From contig NZ_CAMTIA010000013.1 in assembly GCF_947072475.1 (NCBI RefSeq), forward strand, positions 4,553-68,552: a stretch of 64,000 nucleotides of DNA. The letters run 5' to 3'. The notes below the pieces were generated by a model. The model searched no databases and had not been told where the DNA came from. It worked only from the letters and a program-made list of their open reading frames with translations. The translations under genes and the position numbers were made by a program. Positions within the stretch are counted from its first letter, which is position 1; every line of letters begins with the position of its first letter. Origin of the DNA: an uncultured Deefgea sp. (lineage in GTDB: Bacteria > Pseudomonadota > Gammaproteobacteria > Burkholderiales > Chitinibacteraceae). Of this stretch, positions 30,976-39,500 are shown one piece after another.

Positions 30976-32748
30976 TTATTTTTTAATCAGCCCTTGGTAA
31001 ATGGTGTCGACTAATTCAGCCTCGGCACTGTCTTGCGACAATTCCCACGCCATAATGCCACCGAGTTTTTTCTTTTTCACGTAAGCAATTTTTTCTTTTA
31101 ATAATTGCACGTCGTCATACGCCCAAACGTCTTTACCATTGACTTTCCATACTGCACGCGTTTTTTCATCGCGATGCACCGTTCCGGGTAAGGTTTTTAA
31201 GTAGGAATAAGGTGCAGAGCCCGCTTCGAGTGGACCTTTCGCTTTGGCGATTACGGGTTGATACAGACCGTTGTTTTCTAAACTATTCACGGTCCAGCCA
31301 TAGCCATAAAATGGCACGCCCAACACGATTTTGTTGGCGGGTACGCCGCGGCTGAGGTATTCATCAACGGTGCTGTCGACAGACACTCGATCTTTTGCGC
31401 CACCAATCAAGGTGGCGTGATGTCCGGTGGTGGCAGACCAAGGGCCAGTAAAGTCATACGTCATGAGGTTGATCCAGTTTAATGATGGAATGACTTTCTC
31501 TAGCTCGATTTTTTCTGATTTAGAGCTGGCCGCAGGTGTGGCAATCGTCAGTAGCAGGCCAGGTTGAACCGCATCAATTTGCTTACGGAACTCAGCGAGC
31601 AGCGCGGTATAGTTGGGGGTGTCTTCTTCGCGAACGATATTGCCCTCGTTGCCGGCTGAACCAGGGTATTCCCAGTCGATATCAAAGCCATCGAAAACCC
31701 CTGCGGCAAGGCCGGGAACCACTTTGCCGGTTTGATCTGGCACATTGCCTTTGATGTAGGCATCAACGCAAGACTTAACAAATGCTGCTCGATTGGCGGG
31801 TAGCGCCGCATCTGAAAAGTGTTTCGACCACGTCCAGCCACCTAAACTGATCACCACTTTTAAATTTGGGTATTTTTTCTTTAATTGCTTGAGCTGGTTC
31901 CAATGGCCGTATAAGCCTTTGTCGCCTTTATCTTCTAAGCCATTGAGCGTTTTATCTGCCGCTAATGGTAGCCAGTAATCATCGCCCGCCGAGCCTTCGC
32001 CGGCTTGATCAACGCCCACCACACAGCGATTGTTTTTCACATTACCAAAGGCGTATTCCAGCACGGTGATTTTGCCGGCGGCACCGCTGGTTTCTAGATT
32101 TTTAACGTTAAAATCGCTGCTGTGTTTACCCCAAGAGGTGAAATACATCACCGACTGCGGGCTGCTTGGCCCGGTAACGCCGCTAGTATTTGCTTTGACT
32201 GCGCTGGTAGTACTGGCTGCAGTATTGTCGGCATCAAGGCGAATGAGTTTGAGGTTGTCAATAAAAGCGTCTTTGCCTTCACCTTTGGCTGAATCCCATT
32301 GCTCCCACTTCAGATGGAAATCAAATTTAGCCTTAAATTCGATTTCATAATGTTCCCATTTTTTGGTGTCTTTCAGGCGATTGGGAAAACCATTGGCGGT
32401 ACTGGCAATCCATTGCTCTTTGCGACCCGGTTTGCCTTCATCTAGTCCGAGCGTTGCGCCGCAATTGCTGCCGCACAAACCTAAATAATCAAAAACAATT
32501 TTGTATTGGCCAGCTGGAAACTGCTTACGGCTAAAAATATCGCCGATATTCACCGGTTTATTAAAGCGCGCGGCTTTGTTTTCGGCATTGAGTGGGTCTG
32601 GCTCAATCGAGGTGTATATTGGCGAGGTTTCCTCTCCGCCTAGGCCAATCCATTGGCTTAAATCTTGGTTGAAGTGGTCTTCCATCACCGGCGTTTCGGC
32701 GTGGGCAAACGCGGTAACGAGTAGTAATGGTAATAGTTTTTTTCTCAT
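30976..32748 (-). CDS. Secreted GH18 chitinase with an unassigned N-terminal domain
   Basis: Signal peptide ending AHA; about 155-aa N-domain; S/T/A linker; GH18 motifs SLGGWTWS, FDGFDIDWEYP (DxxDxDxE), LMTYD, GVPFYG, GGIMAWELSQD. Confidence 0.93.
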   Translation of the reverse strand: MRKKLLPLLLVTAFAHAETPVMEDHFNQDLSQWIGLGGEETSPIYTSIEPDPLNAENKAARFNKPVNIGDIFSRKQFPAGQYKIVFDYLGLCGSNCGATLGLDEGKPGRKEQWIASTANGFPNRLKDTKKWEHYEIEFKAKFDFHLKWEQWDSAKGEGKDAFIDNLKLIRLDADNTAASTTSAVKANTSGVTGPSSPQSVMYFTSWGKHSSDFNVKNLETSGAAGKITVLEYAFGNVKNNRCVVGVDQAGEGSAGDDYWLPLAADKTLNGLEDKGDKGLYGHWNQLKQLKKKYPNLKVVISLGGWTWSKHFSDAALPANRAAFVKSCVDAYIKGNVPDQTGKVVPGLAAGVFDGFDIDWEYPGSAGNEGNIVREEDTPNYTALLAEFRKQIDAVQPGLLLTIATPAASSKSEKIELEKVIPSLNWINLMTYDFTGPWSATTGHHATLIGGAKDRVSVDSTVDEYLSRGVPANKIVLGVPFYGYGWTVNSLENNGLYQPVIAKAKGPLEAGSAPYSYLKTLPGTVHRDEKTRAVWKVNGKDVWAYDDVQLLKEKIAYVKKKKLGGIMAWELSQDSAEAELVDTIYQGLIKK

Positions 32749-32775
32749 TATTATTCCCCTCAGTAAGGCAAAAAA

Positions 32776-32843
32776 AGCTAAGGTCTGTTGACGTTTGTTT
32801 TACAGTCGGAAAAGAAAACGTCAACAGATTCTTGAGCTTAGCT
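32776..32843. repeat. Long inverted repeat upstream of the chitinase gene
   Basis: Perfect 13-bp arms TCTGTTGACGTTT (32784-32796) / AAACGTCAACAGA (32816-32828); outer AGCTAAG (32776-32782) / CTTAGCT (32837-32843). Confidence 0.85.
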
Positions 32844-32970
32844 TACTGTAAAGGGGGAGTGACATACCAATTTATATGCCACGGTGTTTGATTTGTAGCT
32901 ACTGAAAATGAACTACAACAAGAGCTGAAGCTTTATTTGATTTTGAACTTTTATTCGGTGGAAATGAGCG

Positions 32971-33201
32971 ATGGATACCAATACACATACCTTGGCGGTG
33001 TTGTTTGCGCAATTGGGTTTGCCCAATGCGCCGCAAGAAATTGAGCAGTTTTTAGCTGCGCAGCATTTGCCTCGAAGCGTGCCTATCGCGCAAGCTTCGT
33101 TTTGGAGCGCCAGCCAAGCTGCTTTTTTACGTGAGGCCTTAGAGCAAGATGCAGAATGGGCCGAGTCGATTGATGTGCTGGCCAATTTGCTGAGCCATTA
33201 A
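32971..33201 (+). CDS. DUF2789-family small protein
   Basis: LFAQLGLPN...IEQFLA.H...I..ASFWSASQAAFLREAL..DAEWAE.ID.L matches the family pattern as I recall it. Confidence 0.85.
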   Translation: MDTNTHTLAVLFAQLGLPNAPQEIEQFLAAQHLPRSVPIAQASFWSASQAAFLREALEQDAEWAESIDVLANLLSH

Positions 33202-33244
33202 TCGCTCTGCAATTGATTTGGCGGCTCGTTTATCACGCTGAGCA

Positions 33245-34006
33245 TTATTCGCTCGGTGTATCGGCGGCCTCTAGAAATAAATAGCCCAGTTGGCTCAGTT
33301 GTTGCTGTAAAAAATCAATCGCCGCTTGGCTGTCGTGCGCATCGCCTTGGACGCTAAATTCGATATGCGCTTGCTGGCAATGCTGATTGCCAAAACTAGG
33401 TAAGCTAGAAAAAGTCAGTTGCGGCCATTGATCGACAACGGCTTGCATCAAGTCAATCAAATCACCTTCTTTGGCGTTGAGTACGGTCAAGCTGCGGCGA
33501 GTGGCCACGGTGCCTGCGGTGTAGTACTGATCGAGTAGCCATTCCACCATCGGCCAAGCCATCGTTGGGAAACCCGGTAGCAAATAATGCTGAGCAATCG
33601 CCGCGCCAGCGACTTGGTTGACTGGGTTGGGGATGATGCTTGCGCCTTGTGGGAACTGCGCCATTTTAATTCGATGCGGATACGCATCTGCGCCAAAGCG
33701 TTGTTCAATCAGCGCAGCTGCTTGCGGTTGGGGTAGCAATGGCACGTTGAGCGCGCTGGCCAATGCCGCGCGCGTATGGTCATCGGGCGTAGCGCCAATA
33801 CCGCCGCAGCTAATCACATGGCGCTGTTCGGCCAAGGTGCGTTTGAAGTGGGCGATCAACGTCGCCGGATCATCCGGCAAATAATGCACGCTACTTAAAG
33901 TATGACCGCGCGCCTGCAGTCGCTGCAAAATCGCCGCAAAGTGCTGATCGACTCGCCGACCGCTTAAAATCTCATCACCAATAATCAATACAGTAAATTG
34001 CGCCAT
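33245..34006 (-). CDS. CinA-like molybdopterin-binding-domain protein
   Basis: LIIGDEILSGRRVD, LPDD, GGIGATPDDHTR, LPGFP.MAWPM. Confidence 0.88.
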   Translation of the reverse strand: MAQFTVLIIGDEILSGRRVDQHFAAILQRLQARGHTLSSVHYLPDDPATLIAHFKRTLAEQRHVISCGGIGATPDDHTRAALASALNVPLLPQPQAAALIEQRFGADAYPHRIKMAQFPQGASIIPNPVNQVAGAAIAQHYLLPGFPTMAWPMVEWLLDQYYTAGTVATRRSLTVLNAKEGDLIDLMQAVVDQWPQLTFSSLPSFGNQHCQQAHIEFSVQGDAHDSQAAIDFLQQQLSQLGYLFLEAADTPSE

Positions 34007-34091
34007 TGTGTCGTATCCATAAAAGTATTTATCTGATGGGTATATCCATGTGGCTTTTGTATTCTGTGCGCTGCATGGATATACATTGTGA

Positions 34092-35771
34092 TTAGCTGCT
34101 TTCTTCGCTTAAAGTTTGTAGGATTTGAAACATGTTTTGAAAAACAGCCGGTATGGCTTGGCGGCCTTGGATTTCGGCGGCTTCGGCGATTTCGAGCGCC
34201 ATGCCCGGCTTTGAGTGATGGCGTAGGGCGCGGCTGATGGTGTCTTCGTCGCTGAGTGGCGGCTGCTGAGCCAGTGCAGTGCGGTAATAGTGATTCATTT
34301 CGCCGCGCGGTGCGGCAGCTTGGCGGTAGGTGTCGGCAAAGCCGTTATCCCACAAAAAATGCTCGATGTCGCGGCAATCGAGCATGGTGATGTGTTGATC
34401 TTCTGGGCGACTCCCCAGCAGGCTGCGGGCGCGTTTTTGGTATTTCATGCCAGCGTCGTCGCCATCGCAAATCACATGCCAATGAATCCCCAAATGGTCG
34501 GCAAATTTAATCAACGGCGCTAAGCCCGCTTGGGCAAATTCAACGCAGCGGATGCCTTCGAGTGGGAAATTAACCCCGCAAATTCGCGCGAGTTCTGGCA
34601 GTAACCAAAACTCAGTTTCACCTTCAACTAACAGCCAAACGCGGGCAAACATGCTGCTGGCGCGATTGCTGCGAATATGAAAAGCGACTTTTCTGGCGTC
34701 GGACAGCGATAGCGCCTGATCGGCCAATTGATACACGTGAACGTGGTTGCTGCGCCGTACTAAGCGGCGCAGTGCGTGCTGGGCAAAGCTGCCAAGTAAG
34801 TCGCCATTATTGGTGGTGATGATTTTTTGTAAGGTGAGTTGCTCGATCAAACCCCAAATCATCGCCAATTGAATCGGGTGTAGATGCGTTTCGGGGTCTT
34901 CCATCACCAAAATCGGCTCGGCGTCGGCATGCAGCGGATTTTCTCCGCGCGCGGCCAATAGCGCACCGAGCAAAATCAGCAAGGTAACGCGGCGCGAGCT
35001 CGAGCCAGAACGATTGGCGATGTCAATTAAAGTGTCGTCGTCACGAAAATTAAGCGGCGCGGCGGCGATTTGTTCGGCCAGCCGTTGTGGCGGCTCTTTG
35101 CCTTGCAATAAATGCGCTTGTTCGTGAAACAAAGCTTGCATTGCGGCCAAACCAGCGGACAACTCTTGTGGGTGCAGTTGATGCGGTAGCGTTAAAATTC
35201 GCTCAAATACGGCGCGCACTGCGGCGCTGGCCGGTAGCAGCGGGTCGTCATCGTGCGCTTGGCTGGCTAAGCGCGGATGCGTTAGCCAATCAGTGAGTTG
35301 CATATCGCGAAAACGGAGTACGGGATGCAACTCAATGATCTCTGTGGCGAGCGCATCGCTGTTGGGGTGCTCAATTTCGTTGCCATCGGCAGCCATAAAG
35401 CTGCGCCGAGCGCGAATCTCGGTGTGGCCAAAGCGCTCAGCCGCAAAGCGCAGCGCCAATGTGGCGTTGCCGTTGGCATCCCGCCATGACAGGGCATGCC
35501 AGTGCTCGGGCATCGTGTGGGCTTGAAAAAACAAGGTAATATGCAGCCGCCGCGCAATGCTGGCGCGTGAATTGGCGATGCGATGAAAATCATCGTGCGT
35601 AAATAAAGTGCTAATCGGGACGGGGCTAGAGAGGCAACGGCAGAGCGCGCTAATCAGGCTGGTTTTTCCCCAGTTGTTTTCGCCAAACAGCGCGGTGGCG
35701 CTGGCATTCAATGCTAAGTCAATTTGACTAATGCCGCGAAAATTGGTGATTTGAAGCCGAGCCAGTTGCAT
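34092..35771 (-). CDS. OLD-family ATP-dependent endonuclease (YbjD/DUF2813-like; ABC ATPase + TOPRIM)
   Basis: ITNFRGI, Walker A GENNWGKT, Walker B ILVMEDPETHLHP, TOPRIM LLVEGETE and DGD; size and motifs resemble enterobacterial YbjD. Confidence 0.88.
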   Translation of the reverse strand: MQLARLQITNFRGISQIDLALNASATALFGENNWGKTSLISALCRCLSSPVPISTLFTHDDFHRIANSRASIARRLHITLFFQAHTMPEHWHALSWRDANGNATLALRFAAERFGHTEIRARRSFMAADGNEIEHPNSDALATEIIELHPVLRFRDMQLTDWLTHPRLASQAHDDDPLLPASAAVRAVFERILTLPHQLHPQELSAGLAAMQALFHEQAHLLQGKEPPQRLAEQIAAAPLNFRDDDTLIDIANRSGSSSRRVTLLILLGALLAARGENPLHADAEPILVMEDPETHLHPIQLAMIWGLIEQLTLQKIITTNNGDLLGSFAQHALRRLVRRSNHVHVYQLADQALSLSDARKVAFHIRSNRASSMFARVWLLVEGETEFWLLPELARICGVNFPLEGIRCVEFAQAGLAPLIKFADHLGIHWHVICDGDDAGMKYQKRARSLLGSRPEDQHITMLDCRDIEHFLWDNGFADTYRQAAAPRGEMNHYYRTALAQQPPLSDEDTISRALRHHSKPGMALEIAEAAEIQGRQAIPAVFQNMFQILQTLSEESS

Positions 35772-35852
35772 TGTCGATTACCGAGTCAAGAAAGGGCGTC
35801 ACGTTGATGGCTGTGATCATAACATGCACTTGTCAATGTTCGTCAGCTTGCA

Positions 35853-36761
35853 TCAGGTGGCGTGTGCAGCGGCCTCTTGTTCTTGGTCAAACCATTGATG
35901 GCACGCCAAGCGTAAGCGCTCCGCGCCAGCGGTGAGTTGTTTTTCGGCATGCCACACAATAAAAAATCGGCGCTCCAAAGCGTGGTTTTTTAAGTTAATA
36001 GTGGCAAAAGTACCCGCCGCCAATTCGCGCCTAATTGCGCGGCGCGAGCCGCAACTAATGCCCATATTAAGTCGAATCGCCTCTCGAATCGCCTCGCCAC
36101 TGCCTAATTCAAGCACCACATTGATGGCCCCCAGATGCGGCAAGAGCATGGTTTCTAAGCTTTGCCGAACGCCAGAGCCCGGTTCGCGCAAAATCCACGC
36201 GCATTGCGCGAGTTCAGTTGGCTTGGGCGTGCTGCCTGCTAAGGGATGATCAGGATGGCAAAAAATAACCATTTCGTCTTTAAGCCAGAGCTCACACATT
36301 AAATTACTGTGGGTCAGCGGCGCTTCGATTAGGCCAATATCGGCCTTGCAGTCGAGCAGCATTTTCATCACGGCTGGTGAATTGCCGATTTCAACTTCGT
36401 AGCGGGTGTTCGCCACTTGCATTAAGGGGGCGAGTAGCGCAGGTAACACATAGTTACCGATGGTTAAACTGGCGGCGATTTTAAGTCGGCTTGGTGCACC
36501 TTGCTGGTAAATGGTTTCTAAGTCATTGGCTTGTTGCAGCATATTGAGTGCGCGCGGCAATAAATAGCGGCCGTGTTCATTCAGCGAGACTCGGCGGCCA
36601 ATGCGATCAAACAAGGTCACGCCTAAGCGGCGCTCTAATTCGCCAATCGCGCCACTCATCGCCGATTGCGACAGCCCCAATGCCGCGCCTGCCGCAGTGA
36701 CTTGCCCCGCTTGGCTAATGGCGACAAACACTTCGAGCTCTCTGAGGGTGATTTTTAGCAT
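35853..36761 (-). CDS. yeiE: LysR-family regulator, YeiE-like
   Basis: ITLRELEVF..G.VTAA...LGLSQSAMS HTH; AASLTIGNY; ILREPGSG; divergent from a yeiH-family gene. Confidence 0.85.
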   Translation of the reverse strand: MLKITLRELEVFVAISQAGQVTAAGAALGLSQSAMSGAIGELERRLGVTLFDRIGRRVSLNEHGRYLLPRALNMLQQANDLETIYQQGAPSRLKIAASLTIGNYVLPALLAPLMQVANTRYEVEIGNSPAVMKMLLDCKADIGLIEAPLTHSNLMCELWLKDEMVIFCHPDHPLAGSTPKPTELAQCAWILREPGSGVRQSLETMLLPHLGAINVVLELGSGEAIREAIRLNMGISCGSRRAIRRELAAGTFATINLKNHALERRFFIVWHAEKQLTAGAERLRLACHQWFDQEQEAAAHAT

Positions 36762-36774
36762 GGTATTTTCGCTT

Positions 36775-36789
36775 ATCGGTTTTTACGAT
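36775..36789. promoter_or_regulatory. Candidate LysR box (ATCG-N7-CGAT, T-N11-A)
   Basis: ATCGGTTTTTACGAT 14 nt upstream of the LysR start in the divergent intergenic region. Confidence 0.6.
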
Positions 36790-36878
36790 GATTATAGCCT
36801 GAAAAACCTGTTTTTCATGATGCATGGAGGGGAATAGAGTGGCGTTGTCCGCAAATAAAAACATCACGGAATCCACTT

Positions 36879-37883
36879 ATGACCTGCATCAATCAACTTA
36901 AATCCTGCGCACCCGGCTTGGCCGTGGTTTTGGGCTTAACCATTATTTCAACCTTGGTCGGCAATGCATTTCCACTAATGGGTGGCGCAGTGGTTGGGAT
37001 TTTACTCGGGATTATCATCCGCAGCCGTACCACGATTGCACCGCAATTTAATGCTGGGATTCAGTTCTCATCGAAACAAATCTTGCAGTGGTCGATTGTC
37101 GGCTTGGGCTTTAGTTTACCGATTGCCGACGTGATTAAAACCGGCATGAGCTCGTTAGAAATCACTTTTGCTACGATTACCGCAGCGGTACTTAGTGCGA
37201 TCATTTTTGGCCGCGTATTAAAAATTCCGCTCAAACTGTGTGTATTAATCGGTACCGGCACGGCGATTTGTGGCGGCTCGGCGATTGCTGCGATTACCCC
37301 GGTGGTGAAACCGGATGAACACGATACGGCGTTCGCTTTATCAACGATTTTCTTATTTAATATTGTCGCTGTGCTGGTGTTTCCGGCCATCGGCCATATG
37401 CTGGGCATGAGCGATAGTGGCTTTGGCATGTGGGCCGGTACCGCGATTAATGACACTTCGTCGGTAGTCGCCGCCGCGTATTCTTGGAGTGACAATGCCG
37501 GTGACTACGCCACAATTGTCAAGCTGACTCGTGCGATGTTGATTATTCCGGTGACGCTGATTTTTGCTTTCTTATTTGGCATGACGCGTCGTAAAGAAAC
37601 CATCAGCGAAGAAACCGAGTCAGTCTGGAAAGCCGTGCCGTGGTTTATTTTGTGGTTCTTATTGGCTTCTTTGTTTGGCAGTATGTTGCCTGATTGGATG
37701 ATTAAAACCGCCCAGTTTATTGCACCAGTGATGATTACGATGGCTTTGGTAGCGATTGGTCTATCGACAGATTTGGGCCGGATGCGTCAAACTGGCTGGC
37801 GTCCAGTGGCTTTGGGTTTATTGGTGTGGGTGAGTGTCGCCAGCACCAGCTTGGTGGTGCAGCATTTGACCGGTCGTTGGTAG
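36879..37883 (+). CDS. yeiH: YeiH-family (PSE, putative sulfate/sulfite exporter) membrane protein
   Basis: LIGTGTAICGGSAIAA, GMWAGTAINDTSSVVAA, VKLTRAM, PWFILWF, AIGLST. Confidence 0.92.
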   Translation: MTCINQLKSCAPGLAVVLGLTIISTLVGNAFPLMGGAVVGILLGIIIRSRTTIAPQFNAGIQFSSKQILQWSIVGLGFSLPIADVIKTGMSSLEITFATITAAVLSAIIFGRVLKIPLKLCVLIGTGTAICGGSAIAAITPVVKPDEHDTAFALSTIFLFNIVAVLVFPAIGHMLGMSDSGFGMWAGTAINDTSSVVAAAYSWSDNAGDYATIVKLTRAMLIIPVTLIFAFLFGMTRRKETISEETESVWKAVPWFILWFLLASLFGSMLPDWMIKTAQFIAPVMITMALVAIGLSTDLGRMRQTGWRPVALGLLVWVSVASTSLVVQHLTGRW

Positions 37884-37923
37884 TCTTGTGACGAAATGAG
37901 TTAACTCAAAAGTATTGATTATT

Positions 37924-37978
37924 AGGGTATTGCGCTATGGGCTTTGATATATAAAGCACATAAGCCAATACCCTTTTT
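37924..37978 (+). terminator. Long hairpin plus T-run after yeiH
   Basis: AGGGTATTG...CAATACCCT with imperfect inner arms GCTATGGGCTTT / AAAGCACATAAGC, followed by TTTTT. Confidence 0.55.
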
Positions 37979-37983
37979 GTTTG

Positions 37984-38257
37984 GGCAATGTTCAGATTAC
38001 GTGTTGATAGTTTTAAGTGCCTGCGGCACGGTTGTTTACAGTCGCAGTCAGTGGCGGCACCCTCTTTCTTTGACTCGCCAAAGAAAGAGGGGGAAAGAAA
38101 GGCGACCCGAGCGCGCCCAGCTCCGCTGTGCCCTCGATCGTCGTGAGCCAAACGATATGGCTGTTTGTCTCGCTCCTCACTCGGTGCGCTTAAACGGGTT
38201 TTTAAGCCCCAGCTCGACGAGCGCGGCACAGCATCAACACCAAATCTGAACACTGCC
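37984..38257. mobile_element. 274-bp MITE-like non-coding element
   Basis: 25-bp terminal inverted repeats with 3 mismatches: GGCAATGTTCAGATTACGTGTTGAT (37984-38008) / ATCAACACCAAATCTGAACACTGCC (38233-38257); internal hairpin CTCTTTCTTTG-actcgc-CAAAGAAAGAG; no transposase ORF. Confidence 0.65.
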
Positions 38258-38376
38258 TTTTATTGGGTGTTTGTTGAGTTAATCCATTGCGCCTAGCGCA
38301 AGAGTCGCTGAGGTGCGGCAGTCTCATGTAGACTAATTGAAAGCCGAATGTAATTTGTCGTTTTTTGGGGGTAGAG

Positions 38377-38811
38377 ATGATTTATTTGATCTGTGGGTTT
38401 TTACTGGTTGTCGCCACGGTATTGATTCATGTATTGGGGATTTTTTTAATTACTTTCGTTGAAAAATTCTTAATCCAGCAATTTGCCAGCTCGATCATGG
38501 TTGAGGCTATTTTATTTGCCATTGTGACCTATTTATTGATGGTGGTGCATTTGGTATCGATCTTTCTGTGGGCTTTTGTATACGTCGAGATTGGCGCTAT
38601 GCATAATTTTAGCGATGCGTTTTTCTATTCGATTTCTAGTTACTCCACCGTCGGCTTTTATGCCGAAGGCCCTGCCGGGCCCATTGGCCGCTTAAGCGGT
38701 GCCTTTGAATCTTGCGTGGGCATGGTGATGTTTGGCTTATCCGCATCGTATTTGTTTGGTATTCGCGGCAAGTTAAATGCCAATGCATTGGCTAAGCAAA
38801 CATCAACATAA
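38377..38811 (+). CDS. Small ion-channel-domain membrane protein (Ion_trans_2-like)
   Basis: Three TM helices; pore-helix region FSDAFFYSISSYSTVGF and following helix ESCVGMVMFGLS. Start set at ATG 38377. Confidence 0.75.
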   Translation: MIYLICGFLLVVATVLIHVLGIFLITFVEKFLIQQFASSIMVEAILFAIVTYLLMVVHLVSIFLWAFVYVEIGAMHNFSDAFFYSISSYSTVGFYAEGPAGPIGRLSGAFESCVGMVMFGLSASYLFGIRGKLNANALAKQTST

Positions 38812-38871
38812 TCCATGGGTATATAGCTGTAGACATTATTAATAAATGGATGCAGCTCAATACCCATGCAG

Positions 38872-39441
38872 TTAAATTGTTTGTTCGCCACTGGCCTCTT
38901 GCGCTAGTCGCTGGCGGCGTTCCAGTTGTTTGGCGTCGTAAGCCGATTTGTGCGCGATATACAATACGCGGTCGACTTCGGCGCAGACGTCGCCCTTGGC
39001 GTTCACCATTTCCACGGCATAGGTGCGGGTGATTTCTGGGGTGATGGCGAGTAATTGATGGATTTCAGTCAGTTCTGCTGCATCCAGTCGAAATTCGGCC
39101 GTCAGCGTGCTAAGCGCTGGGCGTTTAAAGCGGATGGTGCCGCCTTTATCCCAAACCACATACTCTTCGCCCAAATTAAAATACAGCATGCTCATATAAA
39201 AAGGGTCGGTGGCGGCAAACATACTGCCGCCAAACAGGCTGCCATTGAGGTTGCGCGTTTTCCAGTTGAGCGGCAATTTGACGGTGATTTGTCGAACATC
39301 AGCGCTGATTTGGCTGACTTTGCAACCGGTGCGGCGGATCGCAGGGTAGTAGTTAAAACCGATTTTTAAGAGCGCAGCCGCAAGGCGCGGCCGAGCAAGG
39401 ATGGCAAAGGCGAGTTTTTTTACTAGGGGCGACATAGTCAT
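38872..39441 (-). CDS. DUF4442 / hotdog-fold thioesterase-like protein
   Basis: FNYYPAIRRTG, LPLNWKTRN..GSLFGGSMFAATDPFYM, VVWDK.G.IRFKRP. Confidence 0.85.
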   Translation of the reverse strand: MTMSPLVKKLAFAILARPRLAAALLKIGFNYYPAIRRTGCKVSQISADVRQITVKLPLNWKTRNLNGSLFGGSMFAATDPFYMSMLYFNLGEEYVVWDKGGTIRFKRPALSTLTAEFRLDAAELTEIHQLLAITPEITRTYAVEMVNAKGDVCAEVDRVLYIAHKSAYDAKQLERRQRLAQEASGEQTI

Positions 39442-39500
39442 CCATCGGTTTGTTATTGAGTTAAACGAGTTAAGCCATCATGCCGCGCGTTGGTCGCAGA

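Noticed and set aside
32861-32876. GlcNAc-regulator operator (ATTGGTAT half-site on the minus strand) upstream of the chitinase
   Set aside because: Only one half resembles dre/NagQ-type boxes as I recall them; a single 8-bp match is not enough without footprinting across orthologues.
37906-38253. ORFs 37906..38253 (-) and 37944..38249 (+)
   Set aside because: Both lie across the inverted-repeat element and the yeiH hairpin, have no transposase or other motif, and are best explained as chance frames.
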